64,000 nucleotides of DNA from the human T2T-CHM13v2.0 reference genome, Homo sapiens. Below, piece after piece: positions 45,573-62,522 of the stretch. The stretch lies in NCBI RefSeq assembly GCF_009914755.1, contig NC_060929.1; one strand, written 5' to 3'. A program made the position numbers and the translations under genes. How positions within the stretch are numbered: the first letter of the stretch is position 1; each line of letters starts with the position of its first letter. The notes below the pieces were generated by a model. It searched no databases. It was not told the DNA's origin and worked only from the letters and a program-made list of their open reading frames with translations.

Positions 45573-45845
45573 CCATCTTTGCTTTAAATATTGTCAGGAT
45601 ATGTTATTAGATACATGAAATTTGAATTGTTTTGTTTTCTAGCCAAAGTGTTTGTTATGTGAAATTTGCCTCTCTATCTCTAGCACTGTATCTTGTCTCA
45701 AAAATCTATTTTTACTTTATGTTTAAAATGCGTTTTGTGGGCTTCATATAACTTTTAATTTTTGTATTTTTATCCCATGAAAGTCTTTATCTTTTATCTG
45801 GAATTGTCTGTTCGGATTTATCATCTTTACTATATTTGGTAGTTT

Positions 45846-45879
45846 ACACTTGATCTTAGCCAAAAGACCGAGAAGAGAT
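45846..45879 (-). pseudogene. U2 snRNA 5' fragment retropseudogene (3'-truncated, tailless)
   Basis: Minus strand ATCTCTTCTCGGTCTTTTGGCTAAGATCAAGTGT versus U2 ATCGCTTCTCGGCCTTTTGGCTAAGATCAAGTGT; 14-bp TSD with one mismatch. Confidence 0.92.
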
Positions 45880-47769
45880 ATATTTTGTAGTTTAAATCTG
45901 CCAACTAGTCATGTTCTATTTATCCAGTTTCTCTATATTTCTGTGTTTCTATTTCTTTTTGCCTCCTTTCAAATTAAGTACTTTTCACTATTACATCTTT
46001 TGATATACTTTTATTTTAACTATTTATGTAAGGCATATCCTAAAAATTATAATTTGTATTCATAATTTAATAGATCTAAAATATTTGAAATGTTTTGCAG
46101 CTTTGATATGTTAACTCTACTTACCTCCTTATTGCCTGTTTTATTGTTGTTCCTATGCATTTTAATAATACCAAATTTAAGCTAAGATATTAGTATTACT
46201 TTGAACAATGTTCAATTAGATTATCCTCCTGTCACTTCTTATTTTTTCTTGCATTTGGATTTTAAAATGGTATCATATTCATTCTGCTTAAAGACTTATT
46301 TAGAATTTTCCCAAGTTGGAACATTTATTGATAAATGTTCTCAGATTTTGTCTGAAGTTATCCTTATCTTTATTTTTGGATATCATATTTTGATAGGCAT
46401 AGAATTCTAAATAGACATTCATTATTTCTTTTGAGAGTTCAGCTGCCATATTTATTTTTACTCATTGTGTGTGGTTGTCAGCTGTTTTATAATAATGTGG
46501 TTCTGAGTGATTACTTTGTGTTTATCCTACTTGGGATTCATGACATTTCCTGAATTTATGGGGTGATATATTTCAACAGTTTTGGAATAATCTTAGTTAC
46601 TGTTCCTTTATTTATTGTGTCTGTCTCATTATCTATGTCATCTCCCTTTAGTATCCCAATTATACACCTACTAAACCCTTTAACTGTGTCATATATATTA
46701 TTAAAGCTATACTTAACATTATTTGACCTCTGTAATATAGTACAGAAATTTTATACTGGATGATCTTCCAGTACAATCCTTTGTCTTCAGCTTTATTTAA
46801 TCTTCTGCAAAACTCCTTTTGTATTCTAAATTTTTATTTATTGTGTTTTTATTCAATACTTCTATTTGATAACTTTTATAGGTTATAACCCTCTTTGGAA
46901 TTCTCTATCTTGTCTTCTATTTTTTATGAGTACATTTAAGTACATTTCTAAAACTTAAAATGAATAGATTTCCTGTGAGTCTGTTTTTATTGTTTCTTTT
47001 TTCGCTATTTTTTTTCAGGTACTTACTCTTGAGTTCAAAAATGTCAAGTTTTTATTGAATGTCAGACATTATAAAAATTGTAGGGATCATTTGAAACTCT
47101 AGATGATACTGTCTGATTCCAGAGAGGATCATTCTTTTGCTCTTAGCATAAATATAAAGTAGAAGCAGATAGTTTTGATTCAGTCCTGCATTATGTTAAT
47201 CTGATGCAAAGATTTTGTGTTTGTTAAGCTGGGCTATTATTGGATAATATTAACTCATATGAATAGCCCTTCCTGAATCACAATGGACAGTCTGGGGTGT
47301 TTGTCTTGGCTAATCTGCCTTGGATGCTCTTCACTCCTAGGTTCACGAAATTGTCTACAGCTCTACTCAGCCTATCGATGTCTTAGTCACCAATTTTTAC
47401 TCAGCTTCTCTGCTTCCCTATTCATTTCCTCTGTGCTTCTTCATCTTTTATTTTCTCACATAATTTAAGCTACTTGGCTTCTAGACCGGCTATTTCAGCT
47501 TAGAAATCATTTCACTTCAAAGTAAAAATGTACTCAGAATGTTGTACTCAATTCTAAACTTAATATCTTTCCTAGATCTTGGACCCTGTTCTCAGTGCTT
47601 TGGTATTTCTCCTATATATTCATGTGCTATTTATAAAATTACATCCAGATTTTTCAGTGGTAGACTATGAAGACTGACACAAACTATGCCTACATATCTG
47701 GAAAAAAATGCATGCATTTTAAAATATATTTATTTATTCACCAAGTATCTTTCGAACACTTACAATTTA

Positions 47770-49800
47770 TTTATTCAATATACATTTATTGAGAACTTAC
47801 TAAATGTCTGGTACTCTTCAAGGTACTAAAGATAACTTAGTTAAATAAGTCCTCATAAAATTTACATTTTAGTATGGGTGCATGAACCAAAACAGCCCAA
47901 ATATACATATATATATATAATGCTATTTTTATAGGTAGGTAACATCGAGTAATTAAAAGTAAAGAAGGACATGAAAATGGGCAATAAAAAGGAGAGCATT
48001 TAGACAGAATGGTTATGAGTTTCTCTTTGTGGAGGTAGTATTAAGAGCAACCTGATCAACTTAACTATTTGAGGAAAGATAATATTATATAGGTAATATT
48101 ATATAGAGAAAAGAGAAAGTGAAAAAACCTAAAAGGAGTCTGCTGTTTTGTACTGAGATCAGCAAAAATTCCAATGTGCCAGAGCAAAATTATTAAGGGT
48201 GATAAAAATAGAGATTTAGGAAATGAGCCTAGATAGATTTAGGGGACAGAGCATGCAGGAACTTTTAGGTCACAGCAATAACATGGCACTTTATTCTAAC
48301 TATGAGGAGAAGCCATTAGAGGGTGATATAATGTGGCTTGATGTTTCAGAAAATATTTCCTTAGCTGTTTTGTTGATGATAGACTGAAAGAGGCAATATA
48401 AGATACAGGAAGAGTTCTTAGGATACTATTCTAATATACTAAGCAAGATCTTATGTTGACTTAGACAAGGATGGTACTAGTGGAGGTGGGTGAAATGGTT
48501 AGATTTGGCTTATCCTTACTAGTTAAAGCATCCTAGCTGAAGTTATGAATAGACTGGAAGTGAGCTTAAGAGAAAGGGAGAAGTCGCAGCGAATTTCCAA
48601 ATATTTATTTAAAATATTCTAAGAATGATGTTGTGGGAAACTAGGGTATATTTATTTTTGGAAGATTGGGGTTTCAGTTTTGGTTTGTAAAGTTTGAAAT
48701 GATATGAGTTGTTCAAGAGGAGATATTGCATAGGCAATGGGTAACGCTCAAACTCAGCTTTGAGGATGGAGCTAAGGATATACATTTGAGTGCTATCTAT
48801 ATCTATATCTATATCTATATATGTGTATGTATATATACGTGTGTGTGTGCGTATATGTATATCCCTAGCTCCATACCCATATATACACAATAACGTGTGT
48901 GTGTATGTATGTGTGTGTGTCTGTGTGTGTGTGTCCCTTTAGAACTTTAAAAGTTATAAATTCCTTAGGTAGTGAACAGATAAAATACATTGGATGAATA
49001 CTAAATATTAGAGGTTTAAATTTTAGGGGTTTGAGTTTGAAAATTTAGCAAATGAGTCTGAGAAGAAACTCTTGAGACAGGAATTCAGGAGAATGTGATG
49101 TCTTGAATTACAAGGTTATTATTTCAAGAAGATAGTGTCAAATAGTACAAAGAATTTGAATAAGGTGAGGACTGGTAATTGACCATTGACTATAGTTTTC
49201 CTTATTGATAGATGCATGGTTCACAATGGGAATTATGAAAAGACATGGCATTGGTGTAAAGTTTTCCAAAGTAAGGAGTTTATAGTGTTAAAAGTAGAAA
49301 ATTTAATCCAGCTATGTAGGTCAGACAAAAATTCATTTCAAAAATGATAGGCTAATAGCCAAAGGATGAATAAGAGTTTAAAAAGAGTTAAATAGGGAAA
49401 GAGGAGAGAAGGAAGAATAGAACAGCTATTATAAAGTATCAGTGCCAAGAAAGGGTACTGAAATAATGAAGGATTGATAGACCAGTGTGACTATAAAAGA
49501 GGGCATGCAATGTGAGGCTAAAAAGCTCGAGAGAGAACAAACCATGTAGGACTCATTCATTCATATTAAGAAGCTTTGTCTACATTCAAGGTAACATAAA
49601 TCCCTATAAGGATTCAAAGCAGGAAACAAACAAGACCAAAATTGCTCTTTTAAATCAATCACTGTGACTGAAATGTGCAGGACAGTTTGGAAGAGAGGTT
49701 AGCATGGGTAAAGATAGACACTTAGAAAATGATGGCACTGGCACTAGCAAGAGAGCCTGGTACTAAACTAGGACAGTAGGGGTGGTAATGAAGATAGATT
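47770..49800 (-). mobile_element. L2 relics
   Basis: atttattgagaacttactaaatgtctggtact; gaagccattagaggg; gaggactggtaattgaccattga. Confidence 0.7.
48793..48934. repeat. Compound microsatellite (CTATAT)n/(TA)n/(TG)n
   Basis: Directly visible. Confidence 0.9.
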
Positions 49801-50159
49801 GAAATGGGCATAGTTAAAACTATATATTTCATTTTCCATTTTTCTCCTTTCAGGCTTTTGGCAAGGCATGAACTGAATTAGAACCTTATATTTTTATGGA
49901 TATATCATAAGATGGAAAGTATGGACTGAGATAAAATACTTTCAGAGATTTATTATTATTTTACATTGACTTATTTTCAAAAAAATTTTTGCCTGATAAG
50001 AGAAATGACACATAAAACCACTAATATAAATAAAAATATTAGTAACAATTTATTATAGAATAATCAACATAATTTATTCATAAAGGTTAATTTTGAAGAT
50101 TAGAAACTAGATTCAATACAATGTCAGTAATATGGAAGTGAACACTATAATTTTAATAT

Positions 50160-50400
50160 TTATATTTATTGAGTGTTATAAAGTGTTATTAAGCACCAAT
50201 TTATTGAGTGTTATTAAGTGCCAATTAATATTGTAAGATATTATTTTTCTTTCTTCTAAATTACCCTATGAGATATGAGCTGTCATTATGCTCTTTATTT
50301 TGGCAAGGAAGCTAAGGTGAGAGAGTTTAGGTAACATTCTCAGTATCGCACAGCTACTAAATGAAATCATCAGGATTTTAATCGAGGAAGAAAGAGTGTT
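50160..50400 (-). mobile_element. MIR with small local duplication
   Basis: atttattgagtgttat occurs twice; aaggaagctaaggtgagagagtttaggtaac core. Confidence 0.65.
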
Positions 50401-51217
50401 CTAAATTATTACATTCTAGTGCTTTCCAATGCAAACTGAAAAAAAAAGAGACAATCTTAATTTTACAAAAGAACTGGATGTTCCCAACAAGTTTTTAAAT
50501 TTAATTGTCCAAATAACGTAATTTCCTTACTCTCTAATTCATGTTACCTTTGTAAGTACATTTAATAATAAAACAGAAAAACTTAGTTGCTTGAAATAAT
50601 GGTCCTTCAGAAACATTTATACATCTTAATATTGCTGAAATATATTTTTTCATAAAAACATATTTTTTTTAAATGCACATACTTTTTTTAATTGTAAAAG
50701 TTCAGAGGTTGCTTGCTTCACATTTAACATGCCAGGAATTACGCTCTCACCAGACACCAGCTGCCCCTGAGGGGAAGACTGTAGTCTGGCATGCTTGCCT
50801 GAGGGCATACATGTTGTAGAAATGAAATGGCTAAGATGCAGCCAAGTCATCAGGGGACAAGGGAGGGTTTTTGCTGAAAAAAGAAAGTTATTCTAGTCTT
50901 AGCATTCTGCAACCCTCACCCAGAGGCGGCATCAGTCACAGCTTAGTGGCCATCATTCCAATTAGAAGGTCAGCTTATCTATCCACAAGCACAGGACCAG
51001 ACCTCTCCTCAGGAATCAGAGAACACCACTTACCCTCTATCACAAAGGTAATATTAGACATCTAATTTACGCATACACAGAAGAAAAATGAACATGAGTA
51101 GGTGAAAACCTGTGAAAGAATTCATATGGGTCAGACAATTAGAGCCTAAGTTACCTAAATAATCAAATTAAATTACCAGACTTAACTAAAGTTTAATACA
51201 ATTTTTTCAATAGACAC

Positions 51218-52633
51218 TGTATTAGTCCATTTTCATGCTGCTGATAAAGACTTGCCCAAGCCTGGGCAATTTACAAAAGAAAGAGGTTTAGTGGACATAC
51301 AGCTCCACGTGGTTGGGGAGGACTCACAATCATGGCGAAGGTAAAAGGCACATCTCACATGACAGCAGACAAGAGAAGAGAACTTATGAAGGGAAACTCC
51401 TCTTTATAAAACCATCGGATCTTGTGAGACTTTTTCGCTATCACAAGAACAGCATGGGGAAGACCTGTCCCTATGATTCGATTACCTCCCACCGGATCCC
51501 TCCCACAACACGTGGGAACTCAAGATGAGATTTGGTTGGGGATAGAGTCAAACCATATCATTCCACCACTGGCCCCTCCCAAATCTCATGTCCTCACATT
51601 TCAAAACCAATCATGCCTTCCTAACAGTCCCCCAAAGTCTTAATGCATTTCAGCATTAACTCAAAAGTCCACAGTTGAAAGTCTCATCTGAGACAAGCCA
51701 AGTTCTTTCCACCTATGAGCCTGTAAAATCAAAAGCAACTTGGTTACTTCCTAGGTACAGTGTGAGTACAGGCATTGGGTAAATACAACCATTCCAAATG
51801 GGATAAGCTGGCCAGAACAAAGGGGCTACAGGTTCCATGCCAGTCCAAAATCCAGCAGGGCAGTCAAATCTTAAATCTCCAAAATGATTTTCTTTGACTC
51901 CATGTCTCACAACCAGGTCATGCTGATGTAACAGGTGGTTTCTCATGTTTTCGAGCAGTTCCACCCCTGTGGCTTTGTGGGGTGTAGTCTCCCTCCTGGT
52001 TGCTTTCACGGGCTGGTGTTGATTGTCTGCAGCCTTTCCAGGCGCATGGTGCAAGCTGCTGGTGGATCCACCACACATGGAGGACGGTAGCACTCTTTTC
52101 ACAGCTCCACTAGGCAGTGCCCCAGTAGGGACTCTGTGTGGAGGCTCCAACCCCACATTTCCCTTACACACTGACATAGCAGGGATTCTTCATGAAGGCC
52201 CCGCCCCTGCAGCAAACTTCTGCCTGGGCATCCAGGCATTTCCATACATCCTCTGAAATCTAGGCAGAGGTTCCCAAATGTAAATTCTTGACTTCCATGT
52301 ATCAGCAGGCTCAACACCACGTGGAAGCTGCCAAGGCCTCTGTAGCCATGGCCCAAGCTGTACCGTGGCTGCTTTTAGTCACAGCTGGAGTGGCTCAGAT
52401 GCAGGGCACCAAGTCCCTAGACTACACACAGCATGGGAACCTTGGGCTCGGCCCACAAATCCATAATTTCCTTCCAGGCCTCCCGGCTTGTGATGGAAAG
52501 GCCCAGAGGCCTCTGACATGTCCTGGAGACATTTGCCCCATTGTCTTGGTGATTAACATTTGGCTGCTCATTGCTTATGCAAATTTATGCAGCTCACTTG
52601 AATTTCTCCTCAGAAAATGGGATTTTCTTTTCT
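51218..52633 (-). mobile_element. THE1 (B-like): 3' LTR 51218-51560 plus partial internal region; 5' part missing
   Basis: LTR termini, purine tract, THE1-int sequence ending at the L1 tail. Confidence 0.93.
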
Positions 52634-54699
<2,066 letters not shown>

Positions 54700-54798
54700 T
54701 AGAAGAGATTTTTCCATATAAAATCTAGAAGCTAAAAAGAATCAACTATCAAATTTTAAAGAGTTAAAACCACACATACTTTAGAAAAACAAAATGTA

Positions 54799-54910
54799 TA
54801 CATGTGCCATGTTGGTGTGATGAACCCATTAACTCATCATTTAGCACATGTACCCTAAAACTTAAAGTATAATAATAATAAAATAAAATAAAATAAAATA
54901 AAATAAAAGA
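54799..54910 (+). mobile_element. Ultra-short 5'-inverted L1PA
   Basis: Inverted 3'UTR piece 54799-54846, forward end from 54844, (TAAAA)n tail; TSD AGAAAAACAAAATGTA at 54783-54798 and 54911-54926. Confidence 0.93.
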
Positions 54911-55457
54911 AGAAAAACAAAATGTAATTTGTGACATTTTTGATAAAAATTTATCTTCCTTTGTTGAAAAGAAAAAGCTGATCTCCAGCCAAGATGATGT
55001 GCTCTGATCATAAAGAAAACAGGGATTACCTAAATAATTTGGAAAATGTCCCTTTAAAAATTGTGCAGTAATAACCAGTTTTTTAGAAGCTAAATGTTTT
55101 ATTTAATTACAAATCTTATAGGGGCAGTGGCAGAGGTATTTGAAGAGATTTTATGATAAAACAACCAAGCACTAGTTATAATGTTACACATATGTGTCTC
55201 CTAAAGGTAGGCAATACATATTTCCTTTAAAAGTATAAGCAGCAGAGCATCAAAGAAACAATTTAGACAAACTGAAATGCACTTAAATAAATGGATGAGG
55301 AAGTATAAGTTTCTTCATTAACCGAAACTTGAAGCAGTACAATGAGGTCTCAAAAACATACGCCCTGGTCTCAGACTGACTAAATAGTCACTATGTCTCC
55401 TCCCTTACATGATGTGGAAAACAAGACAAGGTACTCAACTATGTATCTTCAGTTTAA

Positions 55458-56262
55458 TTTTTTTTTTTTTTTTTTTTTTGGTGAAAAGAACATTTAACAT
55501 TAGATTTACCTTCCTGGAAAATCTTAAGTGTACAATACAGCACTGTTAGCCACAAGTTGTGCAGCAGATCCCTAGAAATTACTCATCTTGTATAACTGAA
55601 ACATTATACCCTTGGAACAGCAACTTCCCGTTTTCTCCTCTCCCTATCCCCTGGCAGCTACATTCTATTTTTTTTTCTATGAGTTTCTATTTTATATACT
55701 TCATGTAAGTGGAATCATGCAGTATTTGTACTTCTGTGACTGGCTTATTCCACTTAGCATAATGTCTTCCAATTTCATCCATGCTGTCATATATGGCAGG
55801 ATACAAATTGCCAACATGTGTATGAAAAGATACTTAACATTATTAATTATTGGGGAAATGCAAATTAAATCCACAATGAGGTATTACCTCACATTTGTTA
55901 AAATGGTTATCTTCAAAAAAGCAAATGTTAGCACAGATGTGGAAAAGTTGGAACCCTTGTGCACTATTGGTGGGAATGTAAAATGGTACAACTGCTATGA
56001 AAACATTATAAAATTTTCTCAAAAAAATTAAAAATTGTATTATCATATAATCCAGCAATCCCACCTCTAGGTATATATATCCAAAAGAATGGAAATAAGG
56101 ATCTAAAAGAGATAGCTGCACTCCCAAATTTAAGGCAATGTTATTTACAATAGCAAAGATATGGAAACAACCTAAATGTCCATAAATAGATGAATGGATA
56201 AAGAAAAGGTGTACATACATATAAGAGAATATTTTTTCAGTTTCATACAGGAAGGCATTCCT
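55458..56262 (-). mobile_element. L1MA (about MA8-MA9) with 5' inversion (minus 55458-55802, plus 55803-56262)
   Basis: T tail and minus-strand 3'UTR, then plus-strand ORF2 C-terminus ending at the L1 position where the minus piece begins. Confidence 0.85.
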
Positions 56263-56273
56263 ATCTTTCCCTC

Positions 56274-56690
56274 TTCTATGGTTTGGATATGACTTGTTTG
56301 GCTCAGCCAAGTATCGTGTTGAAATTTGATCCCCAGTTTTGCAGGTCGGGCCTTGTGAGAAGTGTTTGGATTGTGGGGGCAGATCCCTTATGAATGGCTT
56401 GATGCCATTCTCACGAGACTGACTTTTAACTCTTAGTTCCCATGTGAACTGGTTGTTGAAAGATCCTGGCATCTCCTCTCCCTGTTGCTTCCCCTCTTGC
56501 CACGTGATCTGCACAGGCCAGCTCCCCTTCTCCTTTTGCCATGAGTGGAAGCAGCCTGAGTCTTTTATCAGAAGCATATGCTAGCACCATGCTTCTTGTA
56601 CAGCCTGCAGGACTTTGCACAAAATAAACCTCTTTCCTTTATAAATTATATAGCCCCAGGTATTTATAGCAACACAAGCAGACTAAGACA
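56274..56690 (+). mobile_element. MSTB-type solo LTR
   Basis: ctatggtttggatatg...gactaagaca; exact TSD CCCTC at 56269-56273 and 56691-56695. Confidence 0.92.
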
Positions 56691-57876
56691 CCCTCCACTT
56701 CTTCACTGGTAAAACAAAGAGTATTATAGTATGTGCCTCCCAGAGTTGTCATGAGCATTTAATAAAAATATACATGTTAATGATTTAACTCAATTTAACC
56801 TGCTTCCTATTAAATAGTAAGCAATCAATAACACTTAGACGTGATGATGATTATATGATTTTTAGTTGAAGATAACACTTTTGAAACTCCCCATCCTCTT
56901 ATTTTCTGGAATATAAATAATATAATTTTAACATTAGAACCCCCTAGCAAAATAGTATTTTTTTCTGTTTACATGTAAACCAGCCTATGCATGTATTTTA
57001 AGCAATTTGTGTTTTAAATTCAGACAATTAACATCTAGCATAGTCTCATTTTTTACTGTATGTTAGATACTTTCTATGTAAATAAATAAAAGGCACTTGA
57101 TAAATGTCTGTCTAATGACTGAAGGGAGAAGAAGAGAAAATAAATAAGAAAAGAACAAGTGATTTGACACTAATCCAATGCACTTAACGTATGTTAAAAT
57201 GCATAGATAAGAGTTACATTAAGATTTTATATGAATTCTAAACAGCCTACATTAGATACTAACCTAAGCTAGGCAGATAACTAACATATGTTATCTTTAA
57301 CAATTCAATATTGACAGGGCTATATATTAGAAAATATCCTAGCCACATTATATAGCACTTTTCATAGCCCCTGTTGTATACTTAATTCATAATTAGTATT
57401 TGCAAGCTATATTATGAATGTAAAAAATGAAATAAGATTCTCATATTTAATGTAAAATTAAGTATATAGTGATATCTACATATTAATATTTAAGCTACAC
57501 TAATTATTGATAAAACATATTTCCCAAATTAATTATCTAATAACAATGATAACAGTTCCTGCTGCTTGTATTCTAAAACATGAGCAGGTGAGTCATACAA
57601 TATACATCCTATACTTTAGTTTTCAAACATTTTGGTATTAAGTATTTGGAAGCCTAGTACAACTAGTAGGTAAAAGTTTAACAGCGAGAGTTAAAGTGAT
57701 TAGGAAGAACAATACCTCAGTTAGGAAAAAAAATTTGGAGCCAACTTTGATATTCATTGTTCTATACAAGATCCCTCATAATTCTCAGAGGAGAATCAAC
57801 ACACAGCTGGAGAAAATGACCAGGTGGGTGCATTAGCAAAGTTACTCTCATAAATAACAACTCCAGAAAATTCTGA

Positions 57877-58597
<721 letters not shown>

Positions 58598-59689
58598 ACC
58601 TGAAGAATTTTTAGAATTTTTGATGCCATACTCCTACATAGAAAAGTTTTATAACATTGTGTGTGATTATGTGTTTAGATTTGAAGATAGCCAAGTATAG
58701 CCAAGTTTATTTTTTTAATGGAGGCATATTATAATTCTAATAGGAGAGACTGAAGAAAATAGAAAAACAAAGAAATAGTTTGCAACACATGAATCTTACT
58801 AATTTCCTACTGAGGTAAGAATGATTTTTTTTAAAAGTAGACAACAGAGAGGGACACATTTAACAGATGGAACTACAGAAATACCTTGATTTAAAAAAAC
58901 ACAAAAACTTTGACGATCAATTTCAGTTGTGAAAAATATGTGTGGGCTAAAAGCATTCTCAAAATTTTCTCTTTCTCAAAGCTATTTCCTTTGAGGAATC
59001 CTGAAAATACTGGAAAGCTTTCCATGAGTTGGTAAAATAGCGTACATAGGGGAAATAGTTATATTTGTGAGCCAAAAGGTCTTATCAATATTTTACCAAT
59101 CCATTTATTTTTAATCATCTAAAAACATGGCTCAGGAGTTTTTAAAATGTGCGTACTTTTAGCAACTTAACTGTAAGTTTCGCCAGGCAGACTATATCAA
59201 AGCAAAAAGAACTGTTAATTGAACACCTCAATACTAATCTTATTAACAACTCAGTGAGATCATTAAGACAATTTTAAACACTTGTTATCTATAATCTCCT
59301 TAATATATAAACTTCTCATGTTTCAATGTTGCACTCGGTTCTTGCAAACCTGGACACATATTTTATAGGAAGCTTTTTCTGGTCTGTGTACCATTTTCTG
59401 AACACTTTTTAGAAGTATCAATGATTGTTATTCCATAGTTTCTTCAATGCTTATCATGGTTCTGCTGTTCTATTTTATATTGGCAATATTAATTTTAAAG
59501 TAAGTTGCAACATATTGTATTTCTCCATAATTATGTAGTGCTTAGGTTATTTGTAAAAATTTGTATTATCTGAGAGCGTCTGACATATTCAAAAAGAAGC
59601 TACTAACAATTAGGTAACGAAATACCTTATCTGATATTGACACTGTAGAAAAAAATGTTCTGTAAATTGATGCTTGACAAAAATACTAA

Positions 59690-59856
59690 AAAAGGTACTG
59701 GTAAAAAGATTTGGAGTGTTCCCAGCACAAAGAATGATAAATATTTGCCATATAGATATCCTAATTAATATGATTTTATCATTACATGTTGTGTGCATAT
59801 ATTAAAGCATCACAGGTACCCCAGAAATATGTACAATCATTATATATTTGTAAAAA
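59690..59856 (+). mobile_element. L1MA 3' end fragment
   Basis: gcacaaagaatgataaatatt...catcacaggtaccccagaaatatgtacaat. Confidence 0.7.
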
Positions 59857-60445
59857 AGATATATGGCCTTTCATCTTAGTTAGGCCTGATTCTAAAGCAT
59901 AGAGTATTATAGCAAGTGCCTAAATAGTTTGCCTTATGTAGTTTTAATTTACATTGAATTATTTTAAGAATTGGGAAATTTGGTTTTTCCTTTTTATACA
60001 AGTAGAGAAAGGACTCAAAATTGTATTGGATTCACCATCACTAAGCATAATCAACAAAGGATGTGCAGAAACGCACTTGCCACAAAATATCTCTAAAATT
60101 ATTTTCTGATGGGAGTATATTGGTAAATAATTTATTGGATAGTAAATCGCACTGCTAAGTAATTTTTTAAAATCGTGTACAAGACTAATTAGCTTACACT
60201 AAACAGGACTATTCTGTCCATTTTAATGAGAAAACAAGTACAGAAAGATAAATATCTTTCTGTAGAAGGTCAAGGTAATTAATGACAAAATCTCCTCCAG
60301 TTGGGAAATTAGGAGGTAATTTTAAATATCACATAAAAGGAGCGAATCAAAAACAAATTACTTAGTGAAGCTATACTATTTTAGACTTAGATAGTTTTAG
60401 GACAAATTATATAAAATAAGATAAAATGGTATCCAAATGTTCAAG

Positions 60446-60706
60446 TGCTATAGACTGAATGTTTATGTCCCCTCCCAAATTCATATATTAAACCCTAATC
60501 TCCAATAAAATGATATTTAGATATGGTCCTGGGGAGGTGATTAGGTAACAAGTTTTAAGCCCTCATGATAGAATTAGTGCTCTTATAAGAAGAGATAAGA
60601 CAGGAAAAAGAATGCACTCTCCCTCTTACTCTCCCTCTCTGATACAGCTAGAAGGCAGGTGTCCAAAAGCCGGAAATCAGACTCTCACCAAACACCAGAA
60701 CTGCCC
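60446..60706 (+). mobile_element. MLT1A-type LTR, 3'-truncated
   Basis: tgctatagactgaatgtttatgtcccctcccaaattcata...gccctcatgatagaattagtgctcttataagaagag. Confidence 0.85.
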
Positions 60707-61188
60707 CTCTTTTTGGAGTCTAGTTTAGGTACATGAATCCAAAGTAATTTTAATTTATACTGAGTTATAAATTAAACTTAGTAATTTAATTCGATCATCC
60801 TCTAATGAAGAACTGCCTCTGTAAATTACCTCCATCCATATTTCTGCATCCTGTGTTGCATGGATTTGGGGCATTTTCGGAGTTAAAGTTGTTCAAAACA
60901 ATGCTCAATTTAAATACTATAGTGCTAGTAGAGTTATGTTTAATATTTGCCCTTTTATTGATATATACATATTTACATATTTATGGGGTACCTGTGAGTG
61001 TATATTACATGTAAAGAATGAGTAATCATCAAGTCAGGGTATTTAAGGTATTCATCACCTTAGTGTTTAGCATTTTAATGTGTTGGTATCATTTCAAGAC
61101 CTATTTTCTTGTTACTTTGAAATATGCATAATATTGTTGCTATATAGTGTGTGTGCTATATGTGTATATACTATATATGTGTGCTATA

Positions 61189-61690
61189 GGCACACATATG
61201 TTCATTGCAGCACTATTCACAATAGCAAAGACATGGAATCAACCTAAGTGCCTACCAATGATACACCGGATAAAGAAAATGTGGTACATATACACCATGG
61301 AATAATATGCAGCCATTAAAAAAACCTACAAGATTGTGTCCTTTGTAGGGATATAGATGGAGGTGGAGGCCATTATCCTTAGCAAACTAATGCAGGAACA
61401 GCAAACCAAATACCACATGTTTTCACTTATAAATGGGAGCTAAATAATGAGAACATGTGGACACATAGAGGGTAACAACACCCACTGGGACCTATCAAAG
61501 GATGGAAGCAGGAGGAGGGAGAGGATCAGGAAAAATAACTAATGGTTACCAGACTTAATACCTGGATGATGAAATAATCTGCACAGCAAACCCCCATGTC
61601 ACACATTTTCCTATGTAATAAACCTACACATGTACTCCTGAACTTAAAATAAAATTAAAAAAATAAAAATAAAGATCAAATACAAAAAAA
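61189..61690 (+). mobile_element. Older L1PA (about PA13-PA16) 3' end
   Basis: gagaggatcaggaaaaataactaatgg...tactcctgaacttaaaataaaa. Confidence 0.9.
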
Positions 61691-62522
61691 GAAATTGAAT
61701 TTGTTTGTTCTACCTAACTGTGTGCATTTGTACCTATAACCAACCTCTCTTCATTTTCTCCCTTCCCACGCTCATCCTTCCCAGTCTCTGGTATTCATCA
61801 TTTGATTGTCTACATCCATGAGATCAAGCTTTTTAGCTCCCGCATTTAAGTAAGAACACATATTTGTCTTTCTGTGCCTGGAGTATTTCACTTAACATAA
61901 TGACCTCCAGTGTACACATGTTGCTATAAATGACATGATTTCATTCTTTTTATGGCCCAATAGTATTCTCTTGTGTATATATGCCACATATGTATCCATT
62001 CATCTATTGATGGGCACTTAGATTGATTCCATATCTTCACTTCTATGAATAGGGTCATGATACACATGTGAGTTACCCTTCCTGTACATCTTTAAGCATC
62101 TGTTATTTTCTATCTTTTTAATAATAACCATTCTAACCACAGTGAGATGATAGCCATTGTGGGTTTGATTGGCATTTCCCTGATTAGTGATGTTAAGCAT
62201 TTTTTATATAACTGTTGGCCATTTGCATGTCTACTTTTGAAAAATATGTATTCATGTCCTTTGCTCATTTCTCAATGGGATTATTTTGTTATTTTCTTTT
62301 GTTTTTACTACTGAGATGTTTGACTTTCTTGTATATTCTGAATATTAGTCCCTGTTAGAGAAATAATTTGCAAATATTTTTTTCTGATTCAACAGGATGT
62401 CTCTTCACTTTATTGAGTGTTTCTTTTGCCATGCAGAAATATTTTAGTTTAATATAGTCTGATTATTCTATTTTTTGTTTTGTCTGTTTGTTGTTGTTGT
62501 TGTTGCTTCTTTTTCTTTTTCC

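Noticed and set aside
55843-56577. 244-aa ORF
   Set aside because: Crosses antisense MSTB and L1MA sequence; chance open frame with no recognisable domain.
58743-58814. Possible exon (AG...GAG|GTAAGA) with one open frame
   Set aside because: Weak polypyrimidine tract, no partner exons, peptide not recognised.
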